From Roseovarius sp. (GTDB lineage: Bacteria > Pseudomonadota > Alphaproteobacteria > Rhodobacterales > Rhodobacteraceae): DNA of 64,000 nucleotides. The translations under genes and the position numbers were made by a program. The notes beneath the pieces are model-generated. The model was not told the origin of the DNA and ran no database searches. It saw only the letters and a list, made by a program, of their open reading frames with translations. Shown here one piece after another: positions 1 through 10,395 of the stretch. Every line of letters starts with the position of its first letter. Position 1 is the first letter of the stretch. The stretch is taken from positions 22,058 to 86,057 of the forward strand of contig JAWLFT010000002.1 of the NCBI GenBank assembly GCA_041685435.1, written 5' to 3'.

Positions 1-1546
<1,546 letters not shown>

Positions 1547-1601
1547 GGTGTGGCTCCTTTCATACGCGGCGGGCGCGCATCAAGATGGCTGCGTTTGACA
1601 A

Positions 1602-1630
1602 GATGTAGTCTCACGCCGTGACGGGGTCAA
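1602..1630 (-). promoter_or_regulatory. Putative sigma70 promoter of the nuo operon
   Basis: Minus strand reads TTGACC-N17-TACATC, ~55 bp upstream of nuoA. Confidence 0.5.
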
Positions 1631-1774
1631 CCAAGCGCTCCGGCGATCCGGGGTGTGGAACCGGGTATTTCCGCCCGGCATACGATTGCATGCGGTTTTG
1701 CCGCACCCGGCTTCCCATCGGGCATCACACCGGGGGTCAGCGCTGTGACGGCGTGTCGCCCCGAGACCCTTGGC

Positions 1775-2557
1775 TCAGCGGCGCCAGCGCGGCGTGCGCC
1801 TGTCGAAAAACGCGGCGATGCCTTCGGGGGCCTCGTCGCCCGCCCAGCACTCGGCCAGCGCGTCGATGCTGCGCTCGATCACCGCGTCGTCGATACGCGG
1901 CCCGAACCCGCGCAACAGTGCCTTGGCGCGGGCCACCGCGCCGGGCGCGCAGTCGAGATAGGGCGCGACCTCGGCCTCGACCGCCGCCTCCAGATCCGCC
2001 GCCGGCACGGCGCGGGCCAGCAGCCCCAGATCCACCGCCTCGGCGGCCTCAAAACGGCGGCCCGACATGAAGACCCGGCGCGCGCGCGCCTCGCCCATGC
2101 GCGCGGCGACATAAGGCCCGATGGTCGCCGGGATCAGCCCCAGCCGCGTCTCGGTCAGCGCCATCTGCACGACATCCGCGCCGATGGCCACATCACAGAC
2201 GCTCACCAGCCCGACACCGCCGCCGAAGGCGGGGCCGTGCACCCGGCCGATCAGCGGTTTCGGCAGGGTGTTGAGCGCCTGCAGCATATACGCGAGCCGG
2301 GCGGCCTCGGCCGAGCGCTGCGCCGCTGCCGCGTTGAGCTGCGCACGCATCCAGTCCAGATCGCCGCCGGCACAGAAGGTCTTGCCGCGCGCCGCCAGCA
2401 CGACAACGCGGCAGGTGTCATCGCCGCCAAGGGCATCGGCAGCCTCGTGCACCTCGGCGATCATCCGCGCCGACATCGCGTTGTGCTTGTCGGCGCGGTC
2501 CAGCCAGAGCGTGGCCACGCCGCGCGCGTCGGTCTCGATGCTGATCGTTTCGGTCAT
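1775..2557 (-). CDS. liuC: Crotonase family enoyl-CoA hydratase (methylglutaconyl-CoA hydratase, LiuC-like)
   Basis: FCAGGDL, GPAFGGGVGL and ETRLGLIPATI motifs. ATG at 2557 overlaps the upstream lyase stop; liu context. Confidence 0.85.
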   Translation of the reverse strand: MTETISIETDARGVATLWLDRADKHNAMSARMIAEVHEAADALGGDDTCRVVVLAARGKTFCAGGDLDWMRAQLNAAAAQRSAEAARLAYMLQALNTLPKPLIGRVHGPAFGGGVGLVSVCDVAIGADVVQMALTETRLGLIPATIGPYVAARMGEARARRVFMSGRRFEAAEAVDLGLLARAVPAADLEAAVEAEVAPYLDCAPGAVARAKALLRGFGPRIDDAVIERSIDALAECWAGDEAPEGIAAFFDRRTPRWRR

Positions 2558-3414
2558 ACCGGATCCTCCCGCAGGCTGCGCGCCATCCGCGCCGCCCGTT
2601 CCAGCACGCCCGCATCGAGCCCGGTCGCGTATCCCAGCGCCGTCAGCCGGTCGTGCACCGCCTCTGTGGCCACGTTGCCTGCGGCCCCCGGCGCGAAGGG
2701 ACAGCCCCCCAGACCGCCCGTCGCCGCATCGAAGACGCGCAGACCGCGCGCCAGCGACGCCTCGATATTGTCGAGCGCCCGCCCCCCGGTGTCGTGGAAA
2801 TGCCCCGCGAGACCCGAGGCCGGCACCACCTCGCAGACCGCCTCCAGCATCGCATCGACCGCACCCGGCGTGGCACGCCCGATGGTGTCGCCAAGGCTGA
2901 TCTCGTAGCAACCCAACTTCCACAGCGCCTGCGCCACATCGGCCACCCGCGCGGGCGCCACGCCCCCGTCATAGGGGCATTCCACCACGCAGGACACGTA
3001 GCCGCGCACGCGCAGACCTTGCGCGCGGGCCGCGTCCAGCACCGGCACGAAGCGCGCGAGGCTCTCGGCGATGGTCGCGTTGATATTGGCGCGCGAGAAC
3101 CCTTCGGAGGCCGAGGCAAACACCGCGACCTCGTCCGCGCCGGCCGCGACCGCATCGGTCAGCCCGCGCATGTTGGGCGCGAGCGCCGCGTAGCGCACGC
3201 CCGGCACGCGGGTGATTCCGCGCAGCACCTCGGCCGATCCGGCCATCTGAGGCACCCATCTGGGGCTGACGAAACTGGCCACCTCGATGCGCGAGAACCC
3301 TGCGCCGCTCAGGGTGTCCACCAGCGCGATCTTGTCGGCCACGGGGATCGCCCGCGCCTCGTTCTGCAAGCCGTCGCGGGGCCCGACCTCGAATATGTCC
3401 ACCGCATCGGCCAT
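2554..3414 (-). CDS. hmgL: Hydroxymethylglutaryl-CoA lyase
   Basis: EVGPRDGLQNE, ISLGDTIG, HFHDT and GLGGCPFAPGAAGN motifs; start MADAVDIFEV at 3414. Confidence 0.95.
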   Translation of the reverse strand: MADAVDIFEVGPRDGLQNEARAIPVADKIALVDTLSGAGFSRIEVASFVSPRWVPQMAGSAEVLRGITRVPGVRYAALAPNMRGLTDAVAAGADEVAVFASASEGFSRANINATIAESLARFVPVLDAARAQGLRVRGYVSCVVECPYDGGVAPARVADVAQALWKLGCYEISLGDTIGRATPGAVDAMLEAVCEVVPASGLAGHFHDTGGRALDNIEASLARGLRVFDAATGGLGGCPFAPGAAGNVATEAVHDRLTALGYATGLDAGVLERAARMARSLREDPV

Positions 3415-4073
3415 CACAGATCCTCCGGGATGGGATAGAACTCCTGCGTGTAGATGTCCTGCTCGCCGTCGCGCGCCTTGGCCCGGATGTAGGCGGTACG
3501 CTTGCGCAGCCCGTCGCGGTAGGCCGTCAGACGCGGCCAGGCTGACAGATCGACATAATAGCGCGCCAGCTCGAAACTGTAGGCGAACATGATATCGGCC
3601 GCCGAAAAGCCCGAGGGCAGCAGATGCGGCCCCGCGATCCGCGTCTCCATCGCGCCCAGCGCCGCACGCAGCCGCGCGGTCAGCAGCTTGACCACCGGCA
3701 CGGATGGCCGTGCGGGCGGGCGCAGGAACACCTGATTGAGGTTGAGGTTCTCCAGCAGACAGCCCACCGTCTCGGAATAGCTCAGCATTTCCAGATAGCG
3801 CGCGCGGTCGGCCTCGCCCGGCGCGGGGGCCAGCCCGGCCTGCGGATAGGTCTCGCACAGAAGCTGCACGATCGCCGCACTTTCGACCCAGACATCGCCG
3901 TGATGCTCCAGCACCGGCACCCGCCCGGCGGGTGACAGCGCCAGAAACCCGGGCGCGCGCAGCGTGCCATCGCGGATCGAGTAATAGCGCAGCTCGAAAT
4001 CGAGCCCCAGCTCTTCGAGCAGCCACAGGACACGGAACGAGCGCGCCAGCGGCACGTGATGCAATGTGATCAT
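3414..4073 (-). CDS. Glutathione S-transferase family protein
   Basis: ARSFRVLWLLEELGL, SPAGRVPVL, ESAAI and FSAADI motifs; ATG at 4073 overlaps the mccA stop. Confidence 0.9.
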   Translation of the reverse strand: MITLHHVPLARSFRVLWLLEELGLDFELRYYSIRDGTLRAPGFLALSPAGRVPVLEHHGDVWVESAAIVQLLCETYPQAGLAPAPGEADRARYLEMLSYSETVGCLLENLNLNQVFLRPPARPSVPVVKLLTARLRAALGAMETRIAGPHLLPSGFSAADIMFAYSFELARYYVDLSAWPRLTAYRDGLRKRTAYIRAKARDGEQDIYTQEFYPIPEDL

Positions 4074-6007
4074 GTCTCCACCTCCAACCGCACGAGGGCC
4101 GCGCCGGCCGCGACCTGATCGCCCGCGGCAACCAGAACCTCGGCCACCACGCCGGCGCAGGCCGCAAGCAGGCTGTGCTCCATCTTCATCGCCTCCAGCA
4201 CCGCCAGCCGGTCGCCCTTGGCCACCGTCTGCCCGGGCCGCGCATGCACGGCCTTGACCAGCCCGGGCATCGGCGCCTCGACCAGCGCGGGATCGCCCCA
4301 GACAGCGCCGACACGCGCGAGCGGATCGACCAGCTCGAACCCCAGACCGTATTTCGCAAAGACCGTGATCGCCCGGCCATCCACCGCGACACCGGGCGCG
4401 GGCTGCCCGTCGAGGCGCCATTGCCCGGCCACGCGCCGCGCGGCGACCCAGACATCGCCGACAAGGACATCATGCGCGTCCGCCGACAGCGTGCGCAGCC
4501 TGAGCGCGATCTCCTCGCCGGCATGGACCAGCCGCAGGCTGCGCTCCAGCGGTTGCCACAGCACGAAACCGGCCTCGGGCGGGGCGTCCTCCAGAAGCCC
4601 CAGCCCGGCCAGCGCCGCCAGCGCCACGGCCCGCGCGTCGCGCGCACGCGCGACCACCAGCGTGTCGATATCGCGCCCGATCAGGCCGGTATCGACATCT
4701 CCGGCCGCAAACCCCGCATGCCGCGCGAGCGCCCCGAGAAAGGCCAGATTGGTGACGGTGCCGGCCACTTCGGTCGCCTCGAGCGCGCGTGACAGCCGGC
4801 GCAGCGCCACCGCCCGGCTCGGGCCATGGGTGATGACCTTGGCGATCATCGGGTCATAGAACGGGCTGATCTCGTCGCCGGCCCGCACGCCGCTATCGGC
4901 GCGCGCCTGATCCGAAAAGACCAGATGCGACAGCCGGCCGGTGGCGGGCAGAAACCCTTTCGGCACATCCTCGGCATAAAGCCGCGCCTCGAAGGCGTGA
5001 CCGGTGATCGTCAGATCCTCCTGACGCGCGGGCAAGTCCTCGCCCGCCGCGACGCGCAGCTGCCACTCCACCAGATCGACACCGGTCACGGCCTCGGTCA
5101 CCGGATGCTCCACCTGAAGCCGCGTGTTCATCTCCATGAACCAGAACCGATCCGGGCGCAGCCCGTCCGAGCCGTCGACGATGAACTCGACCGTGCCGGC
5201 GCCGGCATAGCCGATGGCCTCGGCGGCGCGCACCGCCGCGTTGCCCATCGCGGCGCGCATCTCGGGCGTCATGCCCGGCGCGGGTGCCTCCTCGATCACC
5301 TTCTGATGGCGACGCTGCAGCGAGCAGTCGCGCTCGAAAAGATGCACCGCGCGGGTGCCATCGCCAAAGATCTGCAGCTCGATATGGCGCGGCTTCTGGA
5401 TGTATTTCTCGATCAGCACATCGGCATTTCCAAAGGCGGTGCGCGCCTCGCCCTGCGCGCTCTCGAGCGCCTCGGCAAAGGCCTGCGGCCGCTCGACCAG
5501 CCGCATGCCCTTGCCACCGCCGCCAGCCACTGCCTTGATCAGGACGGGATAGCCGATGCCCTCGGCCTCGCGCGCCAGACGCTGCGGGTCCTGATCGGCC
5601 CCGTGATAGCCCGGCACCACCGGCACGCCGGCCTCCTGCATCAGCCGTTTCGCCGCATCCTTCAGGCCCATGGCCCGGATCGCGCTCGCGGGCGGGCCGA
5701 TGAAGGTCAACCCCGCGGCCGCCACCGCGTCGACGAAATCGGGGTTTTCCGACAAAAAGCCATAGCCGGGGTGAATTGCCCCGCACGCCGTTGCCTGCGC
5801 CGCCGCGATGATCCGGTCGCCGCAAAGATAGCTGTCAGCAGGCGCCGAGCCACCGATATGCACCGACAGATCCGCCATCGCCACATGCGCCGCCGCCCGG
5901 TCGGCATCGGAATACACCGCCACGACCTCGACGCCGAGGCTGCGTGCGGTGCGCATCACACGGCACGCGATCTCGCCCCGGTTGGCCACCAGTATCCGCT
6001 CAAACAT
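4070..6007 (-). CDS. mccA: Methylcrotonyl-CoA carboxylase alpha subunit (biotin carboxylase + biotin carrier)
   Basis: ILVANRGEIACR, GGGGKGMR, ERDCSLQRRHQK and the EAMKMEH biotinylation motif. Confidence 0.93.
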   Translation of the reverse strand: MFERILVANRGEIACRVMRTARSLGVEVVAVYSDADRAAAHVAMADLSVHIGGSAPADSYLCGDRIIAAAQATACGAIHPGYGFLSENPDFVDAVAAAGLTFIGPPASAIRAMGLKDAAKRLMQEAGVPVVPGYHGADQDPQRLAREAEGIGYPVLIKAVAGGGGKGMRLVERPQAFAEALESAQGEARTAFGNADVLIEKYIQKPRHIELQIFGDGTRAVHLFERDCSLQRRHQKVIEEAPAPGMTPEMRAAMGNAAVRAAEAIGYAGAGTVEFIVDGSDGLRPDRFWFMEMNTRLQVEHPVTEAVTGVDLVEWQLRVAAGEDLPARQEDLTITGHAFEARLYAEDVPKGFLPATGRLSHLVFSDQARADSGVRAGDEISPFYDPMIAKVITHGPSRAVALRRLSRALEATEVAGTVTNLAFLGALARHAGFAAGDVDTGLIGRDIDTLVVARARDARAVALAALAGLGLLEDAPPEAGFVLWQPLERSLRLVHAGEEIALRLRTLSADAHDVLVGDVWVAARRVAGQWRLDGQPAPGVAVDGRAITVFAKYGLGFELVDPLARVGAVWGDPALVEAPMPGLVKAVHARPGQTVAKGDRLAVLEAMKMEHSLLAACAGVVAEVLVAAGDQVAAGAALVRLEVET

Positions 6008-6023
6008 CCGCGCCGTCCCCCGC

Positions 6024-6046
6024 TTCATCTTTCCTCAAATACTCAA
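6024..6046. repeat. Dispersed intergenic ~23-bp repeat, copy 1
   Basis: TTCATCTTTCCTCAAATACTCAA; 22/23 identical to 29819-29841 and similar to 55365-55387. Confidence 0.75.
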
Positions 6047-6065
6047 GATCCACACCCGCCATCCC

Positions 6066-7667
6066 CTACATCCGGAAGACGCCAAAGCGCGTCTCCTCCA
6101 CCGGCGCGTTCAACGCCGCGCGCAAGCTGAGGCTGAGCACGTCGCGGCTCTTGCGGGGATCTATGATGCCGTCATCCCAAAGCCGCGCGCTGGCGTAAAG
6201 CGGATGCGACTGGCGCTCGAACATCTCCACGGTCGGGCGCTTGAAGGCCTCTTCCTCCGTCTCGGACCAGGGCTCGCCGCGCTTTTCCATCGCGTCGCGT
6301 TTCACCGTGGCCAGAACGCCGGCGGCCTGCGCCCCGCCCATCACCGAGATCCGGCTGTTGGGCCAGGTCCACAGAAAGCGCGGCTGGTAGGCGCGGCCGG
6401 CCATGCCGTAATTGCCCGCGCCGAAACTGCCGCCGACCAGCATGGTGATCTTCGGCACGCTCGTGGTCGCCACCGCGGTGACCATCTTGGCGCCGTGCCG
6501 GGCGATGCCTTCGTTCTCGTATTTGCGGCCCACCATGAAGCCGGTGATGTTCTGCAAAAACACCAGCGGGACGCGCCGCTGCGAACACAGCTCGACGAAA
6601 TGCGCGCCCTTCGCGGCGGCCTCGCTCAGCAGCACGCCGTTATTGGCGACGATGCCGACGGGGCAGCCCTTGATATGGGCAAAGCCGCAAACCAGGGTCT
6701 CGCCGAAGCGCGCCTTGAACTCGTCGAAATACGAGGCGTCGACCAGCCGCGCAATCACCTCGCGGATATCGTAGGGCGTGCGCAGATCGGCCGGCACCAC
6801 GCCCAGCAGCTCGGCCGGATCGAAAGCGGGCTCTCGCGGCGTGTCCCAGCCCGGTCCGGGCGCGGCAGATCCCAGATTGGCGACCGCGCGCCGTGCCAGC
6901 GCCAGCGCATGCGCGTCATCCTCGGCCAGATAATCGGCCACGCCCGACAGCCTTGTGTGCACATCGCCGCCACCCAGATCCTCGGCGGTGACCACCTCGC
7001 CGGTCGCGGCCTTGACCAGCGGCGGCCCGGCCAGAAAGATCGTGCCCTGATCGCGGACGATGATCGCCACATCGCTCATCGCCGGCACATAGGCGCCGCC
7101 GGCGGTGCAGCTTCCCATCACCACCGCGATCTGCGCGATCCCCTTGGCGCTCATCCGCGCCTGATTGTAGAAGATCCGCCCGAAATGATCGCGGTCGGGA
7201 AAGACCTCGTCCTGATTGGGCAGGTTCGCGCCGCCACTGTCCACAAGGTAGATGCAGGGCAGATGACATTCCTCGGCGATCTCCTGCGCGCGCAGATGCT
7301 TCTTGACCGTCATCGGATAATAGGTGCCGCCCTTCACCGTGGCGTCGTTGCACACCACCATGCAGTCGCGCCCCTGCACCCGGCCGACACCGGCGATGAC
7401 ACCCGCGCAGGGCGCCGCGCCGCCGTAAAGCCCGTGCGCCGCGACGGCCCCCACTTCCAGAAACGGGCTGCCGGGATCGAGCAGCCCCGCCACGCGATCA
7501 CGCGGGGACATCTTGCCGCGCGCCTTGTGGCGCGCGCGCGCCGCCTCGCCGCCACCCTCGGCGGCGGCCGTGGCGGCGGCTGCGACCTCGCGCAGCGCCT
7601 CCAGATGGCCGGCCTCGTTGGCCTTGAACGCCTCGGATCCCGGAAGGATCGCCGATTTCAGCTGCAT
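6066..7667 (-). CDS. mccB: Methylcrotonyl-CoA carboxylase beta subunit (carboxyltransferase)
   Basis: [35 protein letters not shown] motifs and C-terminal FGVFRM. Confidence 0.95.
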   Translation of the reverse strand: MQLKSAILPGSEAFKANEAGHLEALREVAAAATAAAEGGGEAARARHKARGKMSPRDRVAGLLDPGSPFLEVGAVAAHGLYGGAAPCAGVIAGVGRVQGRDCMVVCNDATVKGGTYYPMTVKKHLRAQEIAEECHLPCIYLVDSGGANLPNQDEVFPDRDHFGRIFYNQARMSAKGIAQIAVVMGSCTAGGAYVPAMSDVAIIVRDQGTIFLAGPPLVKAATGEVVTAEDLGGGDVHTRLSGVADYLAEDDAHALALARRAVANLGSAAPGPGWDTPREPAFDPAELLGVVPADLRTPYDIREVIARLVDASYFDEFKARFGETLVCGFAHIKGCPVGIVANNGVLLSEAAAKGAHFVELCSQRRVPLVFLQNITGFMVGRKYENEGIARHGAKMVTAVATTSVPKITMLVGGSFGAGNYGMAGRAYQPRFLWTWPNSRISVMGGAQAAGVLATVKRDAMEKRGEPWSETEEEAFKRPTVEMFERQSHPLYASARLWDDGIIDPRKSRDVLSLSLRAALNAPVEETRFGVFRM

Positions 7668-7744
7668 GGCACAGTCTCCGGCATGGCGGCGGAGCATGCC
7701 CCGCCTGTTGCAAATTCAGCACGCGGCGCCGCGCGCTGCGTCAG

Positions 7745-7758
7745 TTGATCCACATCAA
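7745..7758 (+). promoter_or_regulatory. FNR/FnrL (Crp-Fnr family) box
   Basis: Perfect TTGAT-CCAC-ATCAA, centred 65.5 bp upstream of the ompW ATG. A -10-like GATAGT at 7781-7786 fits class II geometry. Confidence 0.85.
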
Positions 7759-7816
7759 GGTCCGGGTCCGGTATCAAGCTGATAGTCCTCGTCAAATGAA
7801 CAGGAGTGCAGACATC

Positions 7817-8428
7817 ATGAAACAGATCACAGCCCTTGCCCTTGCCGGCCTGATGGGCATGACCGCCGCGCCGGCCCTCGCGCAATCCCAGGGCGATTTC
7901 ACCATCGGAGCCGGACTCGGCTGGATCGAGCCCGATGATGGCAGCCGAACGGCGCTTGATGGTGGCAAGGTCAGTGCGAAGGGCGCGCTGAGCCCGACAA
8001 TCACCTTCGAATATTTCGTCGCCGACAATATCGGCATCGAATTGCTGGCCTCGTGGCCGTTCAAGCATGATCTGGAACTGGGCGGCGACGGAATCGGCGA
8101 GACCAAGCATCTGCCGCCGACGCTGTCGGTGCAGTACCACTTCACCAGTGACAGCCAGTTCACGCCGTTTGTCGGCGTCGGCGTCAACTACACCTATTTC
8201 TTCGATGAGAAACTCGACGGAGCGGATGCGCCCTCGATCGATCTCGACGACTCGTGGGGCGTCGCCTTCCATGCGGGGCTTGACCGTCAGATCAGCGAGA
8301 AGGGTTCGCTGCGCGCCGATGTGCGGTATATCGACATCGAGACCGACGTGAAGGTCGGCGGTGCCAAGATCGGCAGTGTCGACATCGACCCCTGGGTGTT
8401 CAGCGTGGGCTATGTGCAGAAATTCTGA
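7817..8428 (+). CDS. ompW: OmpW family outer-membrane beta-barrel protein
   Basis: Signal peptide (APALA-Q); IGIELLASWPF, KHLPPTLSVQYHF and PFVGVGVNYT motifs; C-terminal Phe; AGGAG RBS. Confidence 0.92.
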   Translation: MKQITALALAGLMGMTAAPALAQSQGDFTIGAGLGWIEPDDGSRTALDGGKVSAKGALSPTITFEYFVADNIGIELLASWPFKHDLELGGDGIGETKHLPPTLSVQYHFTSDSQFTPFVGVGVNYTYFFDEKLDGADAPSIDLDDSWGVAFHAGLDRQISEKGSLRADVRYIDIETDVKVGGAKIGSVDIDPWVFSVGYVQKF

Positions 8429-8499
8429 CAGCACGACACGCTGACAAAAATCCATCGGGCCGGCCGCCGCGCCGGCCCTGGGCATCCCGCAGGCCCGGA

Positions 8500-10077
8500 T
8501 CACCGGTCCCCCTCGGCCGCGGCGCGGGCTTTCAATTCCCTGCGGATCACCTTGCCGGTGACCGTCATCGGCAGCGTGTCGAGAAACGCGATTTCCCTTG
8601 GATAGGAATAGCTTGCGAGCCGATCCTTCACGTGATCCTGCAGCTCTTGCGCGAGGCTGGCGGAGGGGGGCACGTCGGCCTTGACCACCACATAGGCCTT
8701 GACGATCTCGGTGCGCAGCCGGTCGGGCTTGCCCACCACGGCCACCGTCGCCACCGCCTCATGCGTCAGCAGGCAATCCTCGATCTCCGAGGGGCCGATG
8801 CGGTAGCCCGCACTGGTGATCACGTCATCCTCGCGGCCCAGAAAGCGGATGAAACCGTCCGCGATCACCCCGCGGTCGCCGGTCAGCATCCAGTCGCCGC
8901 GATATTTTTCGGCCGTCTCGGCCGGTCTGTTCCAGTAGCCCAGCATCATCGACGCCGAGCCGCACCGCACGGCGATATCGCCTTCGGCGTCAGTGGCCTG
9001 ACCGGCGGCATCGATCACCGCCACGTCATGGCCGGGCACGGCCCGCCCCAGACAGCCCGGCACCGGGTCGAACAGTGCGGCGCAGGAGGTGGCCACCATG
9101 TTGCATTCGGTCTGGCCGTAGAACTCGTTGATCGTCACACGGAAGGCGGCGCGCCCCCAGTCGAGCATCTCAGGCCCCAAAGGCTCGCCGCCGCTTGCAA
9201 CGCTGCGCAGTCCAATGATGCGGGCCTCGGACGCTTTGAGCATGCGTAAAGCCGTTGGTGGAAAGAATACATTTTTTACGGATGCTTGCGCGACGATCTT
9301 TACGCAGGCTTCGGGGCTGAATTTCGACATCCGCGCGGCCACGACCGGCACGCCGATGGCCAGCCCCGGCATCAGCACATCGAAGAGCCCGCCGATCCAC
9401 GCCCAGTCCGCCGGCGTCCACAGGCAATCCCCCGGCTGGCCCAGAAAATCATGGCTCAACTCGACCCCCGGCAGATGGCCGGTCAGCACCCGGTGCGCAT
9501 GCAGCGCGCCCTTCGGGCTGCCGGTGGTGCCGCTGGTGTAGATCAGCACGGCGGGATCCTCGGCGCGGGTGTCGGCGGTCGGAAAGCGGCCCTCGGGCAG
9601 CGTCTCCTGCTCGGGCACCAGTGCCGCAACCTGTGGCAGATCCTCCAGCAGGTCCACGCAGCCCGCGTCGGTCACCACCAGCGCGGCGCCTGCATCCTCC
9701 AGCCGGCTGCGCAGCGCGTCCCGCTTGAAGAGTTGGAACAAGGGAATTGAAATCGCACCGATTTTCCAGATCGCGATATGCGCCGCTGCGCACCATGCGC
9801 CCTGTGCGCGCAGCACGCCGACCCGGTCGCCGCGCACCACGCCGCGCGCGCGCAGACCCCATGCCAGCGCATCGGCCATGTCTCGCAGCGCGGCATAGGT
9901 GATGTCCTGAGGGGTCTCACCCGACAGATCCTTGATCGCCACCCGGTCGGGATCGCGCGCGGCCCAGTCGTCGCAGACCTGCGCGGCCATGTTCAGCCGG
10001 TCCGGGATATCCCAGCGGAAGGTCTCGCGCAGCACGTGATAGGGCGCGCGCGGCAACAGGGGGCGCATCGCGATCAC
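8500..10077 (-). CDS. AMP-binding acyl-CoA synthetase
   Basis: YTSGTTGSPKG, EFYGQTE, TGD and TGKVIRR motifs. Start is GTG 10077 or ATG 10068. Confidence 0.9.
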   Translation of the reverse strand: MIAMRPLLPRAPYHVLRETFRWDIPDRLNMAAQVCDDWAARDPDRVAIKDLSGETPQDITYAALRDMADALAWGLRARGVVRGDRVGVLRAQGAWCAAAHIAIWKIGAISIPLFQLFKRDALRSRLEDAGAALVVTDAGCVDLLEDLPQVAALVPEQETLPEGRFPTADTRAEDPAVLIYTSGTTGSPKGALHAHRVLTGHLPGVELSHDFLGQPGDCLWTPADWAWIGGLFDVLMPGLAIGVPVVAARMSKFSPEACVKIVAQASVKNVFFPPTALRMLKASEARIIGLRSVASGGEPLGPEMLDWGRAAFRVTINEFYGQTECNMVATSCAALFDPVPGCLGRAVPGHDVAVIDAAGQATDAEGDIAVRCGSASMMLGYWNRPAETAEKYRGDWMLTGDRGVIADGFIRFLGREDDVITSAGYRIGPSEIEDCLLTHEAVATVAVVGKPDRLRTEIVKAYVVVKADVPPSASLAQELQDHVKDRLASYSYPREIAFLDTLPMTVTGKVIRRELKARAAAEGDR

Positions 10078-10364
10078 GAGCCCGACTCCGGCCGGTTGCT
10101 ATGCGCCAGCCGGCCGTAGGAATCGACGAAATACTCAAAATCTCCGCAGGTCACGACCAGCCACAGATCGTCACTGACAGCCGGCCGCGCGGCGCAATCG
10201 GAGCGTTGCGCGCCCGTCCCGGCCTCATCGAGATACCGCGCCGCCATCCGGTCAATCGCCTCGGTCTCGGTCGTGGTGACCGCGCGCGCGCCCAGCAAGA
10301 GCCCGATCCCCGCCACCGCAGCCAGCAGCGCCAGAAGCGGCAGAAAGATCAGACGCCGCGACAT
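10074..10364 (-). CDS. Small hypothetical protein with N-terminal membrane anchor
   Basis: Fills the ivd-synthetase gap on the operon strand; hydrophobic N-terminus; two Cys; stop overlaps the next start. Confidence 0.7.
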   Translation of the reverse strand: MSRRLIFLPLLALLAAVAGIGLLLGARAVTTTETEAIDRMAARYLDEAGTGAQRSDCAARPAVSDDLWLVVTCGDFEYFVDSYGRLAHSNRPESGS

Positions 10365-10395
10365 CGGCGCATGCCTTGCGCGGCAGCCAGCACCA

